NCBI RefSeq assembly: GCF_009834535.1
Contig: NC_045697.1
Location: 105,402,001-105,466,000, forward strand
Direction: 5' to 3'
DNA length: 64,000 bases
From: Camelus ferus
Lineage: Eukaryota
Shown: piece after piece, positions 38,019-50,959 of the stretch
Layout of the letters: each line of letters starts with the position of its first letter
Position numbering within the stretch: position 1 is the stretch's first letter
Notes under the pieces: generated by a model
Databases searched by the model: none
Told to the model about the DNA's origin: nothing
What the model saw: only the letters and a program-made list of their open reading frames with translations
Made by a program: the position numbers and the translations under genes

Positions 38019-38468
38019 TGTTGCAGATGTGGCCCATGAGATGGTCAAGTGCTACCTTTTAGTAGACTCATTTCTTTCCTGAGAGCTTTTCTGGAGCTGC
38101 AGAAGATCCTCTGCCTCCATACACAGAGGCCACAGATATCAGAGAATCAAAACTTTCCAGAAACAGTCCTCCACAAATGACTGATTGGTGGGTAGGGGTT
38201 GGTTTATAAACATTCCAGTTCCCTCATCTCTCAGGTGGAATAACTCTAAGCTTTGTGCCAATACCATTTCCCAAAGTTTCTTTGTTGGTGTAAGCTCCAG
38301 TCACCCACCATGGCCACAGGCTTGATAATCCACTCTCTGTTGGCATCCTTCCCTTCCCTGTCTCATTTCTCCACTCCCCAGGCAGAGTTTTCTTCAACTC
38401 CCTAATTAACTACTTGCAACCAAATCGTTGTCTCAGGGACTGCTTCAGGGATAACCCACGCTAAGATG
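38019..38468 (+). mobile_element. ERVL solo LTR (LTR16-like)
   Basis: 3' end 'aattaactacttgcaaccaaatcgttgtctcagggactgcttcagggataacccacgctaaga' matches the recalled LTR16 terminus. Confidence 0.75.
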
Positions 38469-40074
38469 ATAACCCAGTTAGATTATTCCAAGAATGAAAA
38501 ATGGTTTTAACATTCAAACATCAGTCCATTTAATCCATTACAAGTTCTACAAATCCATTTGTAGGATGAAGGAGAAAAATTATTAAAGCATTATCTCAAT
38601 ATCTGCAGTAAAAGTATTTTCTTAAAAACAGTACTTGCTTTATGTTAAAATTTTTTTTAACAAACTAGGAGTAGAAAGGAACTCCTCAATCTGACATAGA
38701 GTATGTACAGAATCTTACAGGAAACATAATATTTAGGCATGAAATACTGAAATTTATTCCTTAAGGGAGGACACAAAGGTATTTGCTATCACCACCACTT
38801 TTATTCAACATTGCACTAGAAGTTCTAGACAGTGAAATAAGGCCAAAAAAAAAAAAAAAAAAAAAAAGACTTATAAAGAAAGAGACATTCACAGGCAAAA
38901 TAATTACTGATACAGAAAATCCAGGAGAATGTGCACATAAATCACTGGAATTAAAAAGTGAATTTTGTGAAATCACTATAAAAATTGCATTTCTATATAC
39001 TAGAAACAAATAATTTAGAAATACAATTAAAAAACACAATACCATGGACAATAGTGTCGAAAGTAAATAACACGCAGAAATAAATCTAACAAAGATGAGG
39101 AAACTCTCCACACAAAACTATAAAACATTACTGAGGTAAGTTAAAGAACCAACTAAATGAAGAGATTTTTTTCCATGTACATTAATTAGAAGATTCAATA
39201 TTGTAAAGATGTCAATCCTTCCGAAATTTCTCTGCAGATAAAATGGAAGTACAATGCAATTCCAATTGAAAAGTTAAAAATAAAAAGGTTTTTTTGTTTG
39301 TTTGTTTGTTTGTCCTTGAAAAATGTGACAAGTTGATTTTCTGTTTATGTAGCACCATAAAGGGTCAAGAATAACCAGAACAATCTGAATAAAAGAAGTA
39401 TATAGGGCATATACAATCAGGTATGAAGACTCACTGCAGAGCCACCGTAATTAAAATAGCGAGTTATTGATGCAAGGATAGATAAAAAGGTAAAGGATAG
39501 AACAGAGTCCAAAACTCACCACAAATATATGGTAATCTGATTTGTAGTTATACCATACTATGGGGGCTGGGGAGGGCAGGGCCTTTTAAACAAATGGTAC
39601 AAGATTGATTGGATATCCAAGTGGAAAAAAGTAAATATTTACCCCTACATACTTACTATTGATGCAAGAGAAGAAAGTATGAATAGTTCTATTCAAGGAA
39701 TGGAATCTCTAACTTAAGACCTTCCCAGAAAGAAATATTCAGGCTCAGTGAATGCCCCAGATATTTAAGGAAGAAATATTACCCGTAGCCAATTCCTAGG
39801 CCATTACAAAAAAACAAAAAAATAAAAAAGAAGAAACACCAGGCTAATCTCACTTAGGAACAAAAAGTAGAAATCCTAAACACCGTGTTAGCCATGAGAA
39901 TGCCACAGTACGTTGACCATAGAAAACATAACACCACCCCAAAAAGTAAATTCCAAATAGTTTGTAGTCCTAAATGAGAAGGGTAACTTGATAAAGCTTC
40001 TCGAAAATAACAGAGAGCGTGTTTTAATGGCTAAGATATTCTTAAGCAGGCAAAGATCCCCACATGTCCCGCCC

Positions 40075-40425
40075 CCGGCTTTACTGAGACATAATTGGCA
40101 TATAACGTCGTGCTAGCGTGAGGTGCTGAACTGACACCTTCATATACTGCAATGTGAACGCCACTGTAGCATTAGCTAACACCTCCATCACTTCACATAA
40201 TTACCATTTCTTTTTTGTGGTTAACAATATTTAACATTTACTCTCCTAGCAACTTTCAAGTGTATAATACAGTATTATTAACTGTAATCACCATGCTGCT
40301 CATTATACCCCCCTGAACTCACTCATCTTATACCTGGCGGTTTGTACCCTTTGACCAGCTTTCCATCCCCCCCACCCGCCAAGTCCCTGGTAACCACCAC
40401 TCTACTCTCTGTGTGAGTTTCTGTT
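40075..40425 (-). mobile_element. L1MA9-like 3' end
   Basis: 'ttagctaacacctccatcacttcacataattaccatttcttttttgtgg...tactctcctagcaactttcaagtgtataatacagtattattaactgtaatcaccatgctg'. Confidence 0.85.
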
Positions 40426-40817
40426 TGTGGACAGCTGTCTAAATTGTTTTTCTTTGTTGAGGGCACAGAGATTGGTGTCTTCTGTGTCATGATTTTGGTT
40501 GGCAAAGCTTTTTAAAATAGGACGTAAAAAGCTCTAACCGTAAAAGAATAGCTTGGTAAAATAAACCGTGTTAAAATGAATACTTTCATTTGCTAAAAGA
40601 TATCCTGGAGAAAGCGAAAACTTGTTATTAAATTATGGACTTTAATATAAAAATCATAAAGCATGCGCTAGAAAACATTCACTGTTCCCATGACCCAGCT
40701 TAAGAATAAACCTTTATATGATATATGTTACATATACACTTGCTGTGTCTTCTGTTTACTCTTCTCTAATCTAATCATTCTCCCTCCCTTCCCATCCCCT
40801 GGGGTCAACCACTCTTC

Positions 40818-40944
40818 CTTTTTGGTGGGGAGCAAAGTAATTAGGTTTACTTATTTATTTTTATTTCATGGAGGTACTGGGGATCGAACCCATGACCTCA
40901 TACATGCTAAGCATGCGCTCTACCACTGAGCTATACCCTCCCCC
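40818..40944 (-). mobile_element. tRNA-Ala(AGC)-derived SINE (vic-1-like), best-preserved copy
   Basis: Reverse complement ggggagggtatagctcagtggtagagcgcatgcttagcatgtatgaggtcatgggttcgatccccagtacctcca plus family tail. TSD caaccactcttc (40806-40817) / caactactcttc (40955-40966). Confidence 0.92.
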
Positions 40945-41029
40945 ATGTCCCCACCAACTACTCTTCTGAATGAACCCTGCAGGTCTGTATAGTTTTATAA
41001 GACATGTATGTCCAAATAACACCTACTGC

Positions 41030-41510
41030 TTTATGAGTCCAGGGTCCCAGCAGGAGAGTGATGGCACACTCCGCTGGGTAAGTGAAGGAGAGTTATAAAC
41101 AGACCATTTGCAGAGGTGGGAATGAGTGTGGGAAACCTGAGAGAATAAGCAGTACTCTGGGACTAGCAGCTTTGGCGTTCCATCACCATCCCTACATTCC
41201 AAGAGCTAAGAAAAGATACTCAGAGCAAGAATGTGATGCGAACAAGGCTGCCCGACAGGCGCCTAGCCCTTTGGCAAGACAGGCTTCCGACCAGGAGGCT
41301 GTGTGTGGAGGGAGCCAAGGGAATGGACTCCTCTGATCTCCCTCTTCTGCCTCGTGATGCTCCCCGCTGGCAGAACCCAGCGGGAATCCAGAACGCAGGG
41401 GGCCCAAGGGTGCAGAGGACAGAAGGCAGCCTCCCAGGACACGAAGATGTGTGCAGGAAGGAGAGAGCAGCCACACTCCCCCACCAAACATCCAGCATCC
41501 ATGCCATTTT
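41030..41510 (-). mobile_element. ERVL-class LTR (LTR33-like)
   Basis: 'cagggtcccagcaggagagtgatggcacactccgctgggtaagtgaaggagagttataaacagaccatttgcagaggtg' resembles the recalled antisense LTR33 end. Confidence 0.55.
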
Positions 41511-41689
41511 GCATATTATACCCTTATATTCAATCTCCATGCTCTCTCTTTATCTTTTTGCCACTTGCTTTTCTTCCTACCTTTCTAGAACTTGTTCTGA
41601 ACTTAGTATTTTTACTAGTATACATTTTATTTCATTCTTTTAAACAAATATTGATTTGAGAGGAATCTGGGGCTCTCCTTAGTTGCTGT

Positions 41690-42160
41690 TAAAGTTTGTA
41701 GTTGGCAACAACAGAGCCCACCTGCTCTATTTTAAGCAGAATGAGAAATTTATAAAGGAATACATTTTATGTCATAGAGTCTCTGTGATGGCCAGAGAAT
41801 CAAGCTTGGTTGCCTGGCATTCAGGGACAATCTCCGGATGGCACTGTTGATGCCACTGGACACAGGCTCTGAAGTTTGCAGGGGACGCTAGAGCTAGGAC
41901 CATTGTCACGGTGGCCCCTGAAGGCTGTCTGTCCCTGCCCCCTGCCAGCATCAACTTAAGACCACATTCCTTCACCCACACCACCCTCTTCCACACTCAT
42001 GTCTTGCATGAGGTGTGTTGGAGAGGCTCAGGGCATGAGCCCATACTCTAGCTTCAAGGGAAGTTGGGAAAGCAGTTTCCTACCTTCTGCTTTGGGCAGG
42101 AGGAAACTCTCCAACATAGGAAGGATGCTCAAAAGTTCTTGGAAACAGCCCTGGAAACGT
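41690..42160 (-). mobile_element. Very old MaLR LTR (MLT1L/M-like)
   Basis: 'gttggcaacaacagagcccacctgctctattttaagcagaa...ctagcttcaagggaagttgggaaagcag'. Confidence 0.45.
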
Positions 42161-43577
42161 GACACGTGTCACCCATCCCCTACCAGCCATCACATTCATG
42201 CTAATTCCTGCCCCAGGGCCTCATGTTCTATGCAACCAAAGGGCTCCATGTCCTGGGTGCAAGCTGTATACATATGGTCCCCCTTCTGACAGTACTTGCT
42301 CTGTGGACTGCTCACCTGGACTACTCAGCACCTTTTTGTCTCTGAATTCCTTTAGTGCTAATTAGTGGTACCATTCAATGAGCCTTTGATCGCCTTTTTA
42401 ATGATACTTGTGATTTTGCCAAAATACTATGAAATGCCCTTTTGTTGTTGACCATGTATTTCGTTATTTAGTCTTCTCTCTTCATTAAAATGTTAGAGAT
42501 CCCTGGGGGAGGATGTTAGTCTTTTCCTTTCCATAGGAACTAGCATATTGCTATGAACATAGCAAGGGCAGAGTATATACTTGCTTTTTGATGATTCTAT
42601 GGTTTAAGCTTTGAGGGATGAAGATCATAGTCCAGTGATTTTTCACAATATATTCATGTGCATTCTGCAGTCCAGATCAGGATGCAAAGCAATTTACACA
42701 ATCCCAATTCCTAGTTGCCCAGTAGTATATGTATATTTATTAATACGTTTTCGAGTTTTCTTCCTCTCCCACTGCAACTTTGTCATAGATAGTATAGAGG
42801 GTAAAAGTTGGGAAATAACATGCTATATGTAAAAGTCCAAAGGGAAATAAAACTTGGATGATACAATGTTTAACCTTTTTGAAAACAAATTTAGGAATAT
42901 AACCAACAAGACCTTTTTGTGGGGAAAGAATTGACATTGGGTAAGAAATACGAAGTTGGGTAAGGAGGATTATCAAGAACTTTTATAGTAAGAATATATC
43001 AATAGCTTTCTCTCTATGGAATTCCTAAAATATCATCTTTGGAATAAATAACCAACTGACCAGCAAATCTTGGAGATGCTTGAGCCAGGAGGCACAGAAG
43101 GAAGGTCAAGGAATGATATGCTTGTGCTTGTGTTCACTATTCACCTGTTAGGTGTCTTACCTCCAGCTGATGTGGGTGTGCTGGTGAATATCAACGTTTG
43201 AAAGACATGGAGAGAAGATGAGGCTGCATGTCAAGCCCCAGCCTCCTGAAATCCATGACGTGAACCCGTATTTCCACACTTAGGATACGGCTGAGCCCTC
43301 AGGAAAAATGCTAATGAAACATATGGAAATCTTGGCAGAGTAAATACAGAACAATATGCGTTATACAAGTCTGGGAAGAACAAAATCACATCCCAGCTTG
43401 CAGAGAAGCAGCAACATAGCCTGTGAATCATTTTGATTGGGAAAGGAGATGTAAAAGCCATCATGATCTTTGCTACCGAGGCAGTATGGAGACCCAGGAG
43501 ATCCAGGGGGCAAGAGTGAAAAATGGAATCAGTCAGAAGTCCAGTGTTCTCCAAGGTTCACTGGCAGATAAGATGTA

Positions 43578-43632
43578 CGTGTGTGTGTGTGCGCGCGGTG
43601 TGTGTGTGTATACATATATGTATATACACATA
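43578..43632. repeat. Compound (GT)n/(GC)n/(TA)n microsatellite
   Basis: Read directly. Confidence 0.9.
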
Positions 43633-43787
43633 CAGTCGCTCTCTGTATCCACAGCTGCCAAACCCATGGATATGGAGGGCCACCTGTACTACACTATTTT
43701 ATTTGAGGGACTTGAGCATCCATCCATGGATTTTGGTCTTTGCAGAGGTCCTGGAACCCATCCCCAGCCAATACTGAGGGATGACAG
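43633..43787. mobile_element. MER2-like TcMar-Tigger MITE
   Basis: Inverted termini 'ta cagtcgctctctgtatcc' ... 'atactgagggatgacag tg'; internal 'gggacttgagcatcc...ggattttggt...ggtcctggaacc'. Confidence 0.75.
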
Positions 43788-45612
43788 TGTGCATTAAGAC
43801 TCCAGAATAAAATGAGGTTTTCAAGAGTCCTGGCCTGTCTGATCGACATGTATTAACCACTTACTAGGTATAAAAGAGAGGTCTAAGTTGTACTGAAGAA
43901 GAGGTGCTATCTCTGCTCTGCAGTTGGAAGAGAAATGTGCATGGCTGTGATAAAAGCTCCATGGTGGTCGTGACTGTTTATTGCTGTGTTTCCGGCACCT
44001 AGAACATTGCCTGATGCTTCAACAAATAAGCACTAAGTGAATGAATAAATTATTTCTTGAATAGGCTCATCAGTTCCTCTTGTGAGTGATATTTAACTTT
44101 AAATAGGCAAGTCAGACAGCAGACACCTAAACTTTGCTTGCGAGTACATATTCTTACAGAAGCATGAGGCTTTGAGACTAGGCAGGTAAGACAAACGTAT
44201 GGCAATGGGAGACTCACATACATGCTTCAGATGTTAAACTGAAGGATGACAAGCCAAAAACATAGAAGAAAAACTACCGAGATCCCATGCAGTAAGTCTT
44301 CATATGATTCACTGTAATTCTGGAATTCCATGTGTTAATAGGCAGAACACCTTTACTTGCATGAGTTAGAATTATGGCTACTTATGAGTAATGGTAATGG
44401 GCAGAGTATACTTTTAAATGGTGGAGTTGCAAATAACTGTGGGCTTTGCAAATAGGTCTACAGCTGCCAACCACAGAATCGTCTTTATGTGTGTACAGTG
44501 TAGAAAGAACAGTTGGTCAGGCAAAGGTTTTCTGCAACCACACCTGTCCACTCAGATAACAATCACCACCAGTAGTGTTATCTCTAAATCTAAAGATAAA
44601 CACACACACACACACATATATATATTTTATATCTATAACTATCACACAACTTGTAAATTAAGTGGACATTAGACTAGCTGACTTTGCTCTATTAAAAGAA
44701 GAATACAGTCTGTTATAGATATTGGGTAGAAACTGGCAATCTAACGTACCTAGAAGAATCTCTAAGTTAAGATGATTCCTTCAGAGTCATTAACATGGTT
44801 TCATTTATGAGTCTGATACTGGTAGGACCCTCTTATGAAACGACTCATTAATTATATTGAGTCACTTGTATCATGGGTCAAGTCACATCTTCTGAAGTAT
44901 AATGACCACATATAATAAAGCCTGAAACAATGCGATTGGCCCATTAATCATTCCCTCACTCAATAATTCATTCAGTCGCTCATTCAACAAACGCATAGCA
45001 AGTGCTTCCTGAACTGGAGGGATACAAAAATGAATAATTCATAACTTTTGTCCATAATTATCCTAAGAACACTAGTTCTATCTTGCTACATTGGAACTCT
45101 AAAGGAATTCTTCTAGGTTTTTTTGTGGCAATATTAATATCTACTATGAAATAATTTCATCCTAGTCTTTTTGAGAAACGTCTATGGCATCCTTCTCAAA
45201 ATGGTTTTTAGAACATCTATTGGATTTTAAACAAGAAGAAAATAAAAGATCAGGAATAGGTATCAGTGTGCTAGTTGGATAAAAAAAAACCCTGATTATG
45301 TGTCTTCATTACAATTATAAAGTTTAAAAATTTGTAGCTACAGGGTGAAAACTTGTTAGAGCTGCCTGTCTCTCAACTCAGACTCAAGCCAGGCTATTAA
45401 CTATGATTAAAATTCAAGATACTTAACTGCCGTGATTGAAGCCATGTCTATTCCCTCTAAAACACACTGAAGTGGAGTATGTTATCCTGGTTCAAGTCAC
45501 AGAAGAGGTAAAGTTTGACTGCTGTGAGATTCTCTTCCTGTATCAGAGATTATAATTTAGAAATTATTGAAAACAAATTAAATGATCTCTTTTCCAACTC
45601 TGGAAGGTGGTC

Positions 45613-46148
45613 ATGTCAGTTATCCATGGCTGTGTGACAAATCATCCCAGAACTTGGTGATTGAAAATAATAATCGTTTTATATTTGCTCACAGTTTTCT
45701 GGGCAGCTGAGTGGCTCTTCTGTTCTGAGCCAGCTATGTTAACCTCTGCAGTCAAGTCGCAGCTCTACTGAGGCTGGATGCTCCAGGATGATTTCACTTG
45801 CTTGTCTGTCAGCTAGGAGTTTAGAAAATCTCGAGCCTTTTGGCTGGGTTGCCTCATTTTTGTGTCACACAGTCTCTCTAGTAGGCTAACTTGATCTTCT
45901 TCACACGGTGGTGACAAGTTTTGCAGAAGAAAGAGACGGCACATCATATTTGCTGATGGCCTTTTGACCAAACCAAGTAGAAACAAAAAAACAACAACAG
46001 AAAAACCACAAACCCCCAAATAACCCAGGATTCAAGGATTGGAGTAAAGATTCTCCCTCTTGTTGGGAGGAACAGAACAGTCACATTGTATAGGTGTGTT
46101 CTCACAGAAATGGAAGGAAATCGTGTTCATGTATTTGTGATCTAACAT
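45613..46148 (-). mobile_element. MaLR LTR (MLT1H-like)
   Basis: 'tgtcagttatccatggctgtgtgacaaatcatcccagaacttggtgattgaaaataa...gattcaaggattggagtaaagattctccctcttg'. Confidence 0.7.
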
Positions 46149-46559
46149 AAAATGTTCTACAATAAAAATCTTTCTCCTTTGTCCATGAATGTCAGTGAAC
46201 ATACTATTATGTCAGTGTTAAATAATCTATAGCTGGATTCAGGTTCTTGAAGTTAAAAAAAGTAAGCAAATATTATCAGTCCAGGAGCTGTTCTTGCAAA
46301 GTAATGTTTAGTTATAATTAGAGATTAAGAAACATACTTCATCAAGAAAAAAAGCAGTAACAAATCTGAAAATTAGTCTGAGTGGAATAACCAGGGCAAG
46401 CTGACTAGGATAGAGAAAAGTGGAACTCTTTTTCAGCCATAAGGCTAAGCCCTTTCAGCTCCACTAACCAGGGCACTCGCTGTCTTTTCGATGGTATGAA
46501 GTGGACAGGTCTCTGCTGTTGTTTCTTTTCTCTTTGTTCCACTCTCTATGGGCTATGCT

Positions 46560-47525
46560 TTCCTCCACACTCACTTCCCAATCTCTGTCTCCAGATTTGG
46601 CCTGTCTCTTGAGTGACAGACTGATTTAGTTCATTGACTCCTGGATTGCCTCTAGAAGACTAGCCCCACAGGCATTGCAAACTCGGCATGCCCAAATCTG
46701 AACTCAGTGCCTTCTACCCAAACCTCTTTCTTTAACTGCAGTCTCTGGCCTAGTTAGCAGTAGTGCCAGGATTAATTCTGTGTCCAAACCAGAGACTGGA
46801 GAACTGTCTTAAGCTCTTCCTCCCCTCCCATCATTGCCTCCTTCTTATCAATCACCAAGTCAGTGGGTTTTATCCCTTTAGTTTTTCTAGATTTCAGTTT
46901 CTCCAGTTCCACTATATCTGTCTCATTCAGACTTCTCAGCTCATCTACTGGCTTTTAAGTTTTCCCCAAACACTCCAATCCATGCAGAACAATTGTTTAA
47001 AAACATGAAACTCATCATGTCATTCTAAAGCTTCTATCAAAAAAATCCCCATGAACTACAGGATATGATCCATAGGATATGATCCACTTCCTTATCTTGG
47101 CATACAAATCTCTTCAGGATCTGACTACTGTGCTCCATCAGAGAAAACCTTTTTCTTGAATGAATCGTGACACTTCTTACCTCTTAGTCCAAACTGATGC
47201 CCTGTCTTTATTATTACTCCTGATCCCTTTCCTTCTCTATCTGGTTAGCTCTTACTCATTCTTGAAGAACTCAAAAGTCATCTTCTTTGGGAAGTATTCA
47301 TAAGTTAACACCAGCCTTGAGTGGGTGGTCCATTGCTTCCCTTTATAGTACACAACTGTCATCAATCATATCTGTTTTTAATTGGCGATTTACTTTGGTC
47401 ATCTCTGCTGTCAATCTGTGTGATGTCAGCAATTAACCCAGTCCCTGACACATAGCAAGTTCTCAGAACCTGAATGATTACTGAGATTGAATGTATTGAT
47501 TACATGAATGACTGAGTGAATGAAG
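46560..47525 (+). mobile_element. L2 3' portion
   Basis: 'actcggcatgcccaaatctgaactc' L2 body ending in a 'tgaatgactgagtgaatgaa' tail. Confidence 0.7.
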
Positions 47526-48349
47526 GATGTGAGGGGAGAATAATTAGATTAGAGTTGGCCATCTGTCCTGACTACGTCTCCGTCCAATGCACAAATATTG
47601 AGAAGTAATTTATATAAGCCTGTGTGTTGGAAGCAAAGCACTTGAATTTAAATAAAGATTCAGTTCAGGATAAGAGCAGGATCAGGTTAAGGATGGGTAC
47701 AGCTTTGCTTCTGAAAATCTAGGGATCATTTGCTTATCAATTATTTTACAATTGTTAGAAATTTGCCTCAATAAAATTGAGGGGATTAATTTTCCTTATT
47801 GTTTGTTGTTAACTGGTAATCTCTGGAGTCTCTCTGAACTCTGATCATCTTCTACCCTTGATATCACTGAGTATTTTCCTAGAGAGTTCAAACTAGTTTT
47901 AATATTTGCCTAAGTGATGCAAATTAGAAATGTAAATTTAATATAAATAATTATGTTTTTCAAAACCCAATTTAAGTCATTTTGGAATATCTGCTGTTTT
48001 AGATTATTCAGATCAATGCTTCTAGCATCTAACCATGGATAATGGAATTGTAGATGATTAGTAAATTGAACCTGATTTCTCTACATTTATAAGTAATTGG
48101 ATGGTAGTGATTGATTTTCCTGGACTCTCAGTTTGGAATATTTTGCTTTGAAGGAGAGATTATTCTACTATAGATGGGGTTCTTTTGATTTACATCTTTA
48201 TGATACATCAGAAGTGGTGTTAAGAAGATGGTTCCATCATTGGTGTCCATGTGTATATGAAGGTGGTCGTATATTACTTTAAGAATACCTACTGAGTGAA
48301 AAAGAAGAGCTAGATCATTAGATTTTCATCCTACTGTCTTCCTAATCCA

Positions 48350-50850
48350 GACACAATGGGTTCCTAGTCAACTTCCTCATTCTGCTCAGGAGCCCATTCC
48401 TCTACCATTCACCTTGAATCACTGACTGTTCCATTTCTGCCTTTGAGCTCAGGCAATTATTTGCCTGTCTATTTCTTAAGAAGGTGAAGCTGTTAGACCA
48501 AACACTTTAAACTCCTGGCCATGAAATTGATAAGCTTGTCAGCAACTCTCCCCTCTCCTGTCTATCTTTTCTTCTGTCAAGCCAGGAGAACTTCATCCTC
48601 TCTAAGCCCTGACCTGGCTCCTTTGTCTAGAATCCATCTTTCTACTTCCCCATCAGCATTCAAACACACTCAAGACTACCCCATCTTTTAACCTCACACT
48701 CCAGCCCAGCTGCCCAGTCTTTGCATTCTCTCCCTCTTTTGGCCAGAGCCAAATTCCTTGAAAGGATTGTGTGTATTCATTGTCTCCATTTCCTTCCTCT
48801 TGACCCACTTCCTACAACTCATTTCCTTCTGGATTCTGACCCATCTCACTACTTATACTTGTCAAGCTGACCAACATACTTGTCTCTAAATCCAGTGGGC
48901 ATATTGAAATTTTTATGAGTTTGTCCTCAACATTCAACACTGCCAACCATCCCCTGTCAGCAGAGTAAGATTATCCAACAAATAGACTAAGCACATGCTT
49001 GAGGCTCTTTCAAAATTAAGGAAAAATGGAAGACATTTAGCTTTAGTGAAATTACCTAAATTCTCCCATCAGAGAAATTTAGAAAGAAACCATTTTAATT
49101 TTAACATATGTGTTGAATTCATGCTTAATGAATAGATAAATATGTTACATAAATAATCTAATTTTAATAAGCATATATATATGTATATACATACACACAC
49201 ACATATTTAAGTTTTAATTCTTTACTGGAGAGAGAATACCAGTCTTTTAATGTCTCTAAAAGCCTTAATCCAGCTCCCACTTCCTGGAACTCTCTTCTAT
49301 TACTTTTGTGAAACCATCAACTCCTGGTTTCTCATGAGCATCTCTGATAGCTGTTACTTTCCTTTGCAGGGACTTTAAATGCTGGTGCTCTTTGGGACTC
49401 TGTCCTAACCCTTCTTCCCTTACTCTGACCACACTCTCTGGATGAGTGTCTGTATCTAAGCTTCATTTTTTGTTTCTGTGACAATGCCTCTCAAATCTAC
49501 GTCTGGGAGTTAGACCTCTTTCCTGAATTCTTTCTTGGTACACTCAACAATCTATGCTCAGATAGATATCTCGGAGATGATTCAAACTCAACGTGCCCCC
49601 TAATGATCTCAATATATTTCTCCACAATGCTCTCCCTGCACCTCCGTGCTCGTTCTTGTAGTGGGTGACACTGCGGTCCAAATTGGAAACTTAGGATTTC
49701 GACTTAACTCCTTCTACTCCTTCATTGTCACAACCAATCAATCACCACAACCTAGGATTCTGATTTCTCTTATGCCTTGAGTATGTTAACTTCTCTCTAT
49801 AGGCACTAACACACTGTTCCAGGCCACCATCATTTCCTTCCAAATTACTGCAATAATCTTCTTATTGGTCTCTCTATAGTCCATTCTCCAATTTTAGAAC
49901 CAGAGTGGTTTTTTTTTTTTTTTTTGAAGCAGTGTGATCCTGTTTCTCCCTGTTTAAAATCAACACTTTTAAGATGACTTAAAAACCCTCTGTGGGTATC
50001 TCCAGACAATGAGACATTATTTAGCTCTTAAAAGAAATGAGTGATCAAGCCATGAAAAGACATGGAAAAACCTTACGTTTTTAGCATATTACTAAGTGAA
50101 AGAAGCCAATCTGAAAGGCTGTAGCAGTAAAAAGATCAGTGGTTGCCAGGGTTTGGGGGGAAGGGAGGAGTGAATAGGCAGAGCACAGAGGATTTTTAGG
50201 GCAGTGAAACTATAATGGTGGATACAGGTCATTAGAAATGTTAAAATGGTCATGTTAAAATCCATGGAAGTATAACACCAAAAGTGAACCTTAATGTGAA
50301 CTGTGGACTCTGAATGATAATGTAGGTTCACTGATCATTATAAATCTCCCACTCTGGTGGAGTATGTTGACAGTGGGAAGGCTGTGCATGTGTGGGGACA
50401 GGGTTATATGGGAACTCTATATTTTTTGCTCAATTTTGTTGTAAACCTAAAACTGCTTTGAAAAATAAAATCTATTTAAAATAAAACCCCATAATGCTCC
50501 ATGGTCTGGCTTTTCTTTACCGCTTTAAAATAATCTCTTCCAGACACATTGTAATTGACTGTTCATCAATGAAAAATATAAAATAAAATAATCTCTTCTT
50601 CATTCTGCCTTTTTTTTTTTTTAATATGGAACTGTTTCTTTTTGATCTAGCCACATTCCTGTTCCTCTGTGAGCCTTTGCCCATCTCTTCAGACTTTTCT
50701 TCTTCACTTGCCGTCTTCTTGGCATTCCCTGTCATTCACATACTTCACAGCTATTGCATTATCACTTGTCTGCCTTCGTTGCTGGACTCTGAGTTCTGCA
50801 TCCATCTTAGTATCTCCAGTGTTGGGCATATAAACAAATAAATGAGTCGG
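48350..50850 (+). mobile_element. L2 body to 3' end, interrupted by a hAT-like element (~48961-49277) and an L1MC fragment
   Basis: 'cctcaacattcaacactgccaaccatccc' resembles SAAFDTVDH, 'gggactctgtcctaacccttcttc' resembles GSVLGPLLF, and the 3' tail reads 'aaataaatgagt'. Confidence 0.65.
49990..50486 (+). mobile_element. L1MC1-like 3' end
   Basis: 'aaaagaaatgagtgatcaagccatgaaaagacatgg...aagtgaaagaagccaatctgaaaggct...ttttgttgtaaacctaaaactgctttgaaaaataaaatctatt'. Confidence 0.85.
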
Positions 50851-50959
50851 TGATATAGGGCTTGGAACACTTGTATCCCATTCTTACTTAGACCTACCCT
50901 CGTTTTGTTTTCAACTGCTCTGAGCTCTGTAAGAAAGTATGCTGAATAAATAATCATCA

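Larger units (their letters stand above)
37620..40620 (+). mobile_element. Ancient L1M ORF2 remnant (RT region), interrupted by an LTR16-like LTR and an L1MA fragment
   Basis: ORF 38783..39013 'LSPPLLFNIALEVL' matches the L1 RT motif LSPLLFNIVLEVL; 'gaagattcaatattgtaaagatgtcaatccttcc' follows. Many stops and frameshifts. Confidence 0.85.

Noticed and set aside
38783..39013. Reverse-transcriptase-like ORF (possible retron/DGR-type system)
   Set aside because: Decayed L1 ORF2 RT fragment with a poly-A expansion, stops and frameshifts, in eukaryotic repeat context.
40870..40944. tRNA-Ala(AGC) gene
   Set aside because: Carries the SINE tail and TSD, and two related copies occur in the window; treated as a SINE head.
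41082..41659. Cluster of overlapping ~85-135 aa ORFs on both strands
   Set aside because: Falls in a GC-richer ERVL-type LTR where stop codons are rarer; no protein similarity recognised.
47059..47085. Tandem 'aggatatgatcca' x2
   Set aside because: Small slippage duplication inside L2; ordinary.
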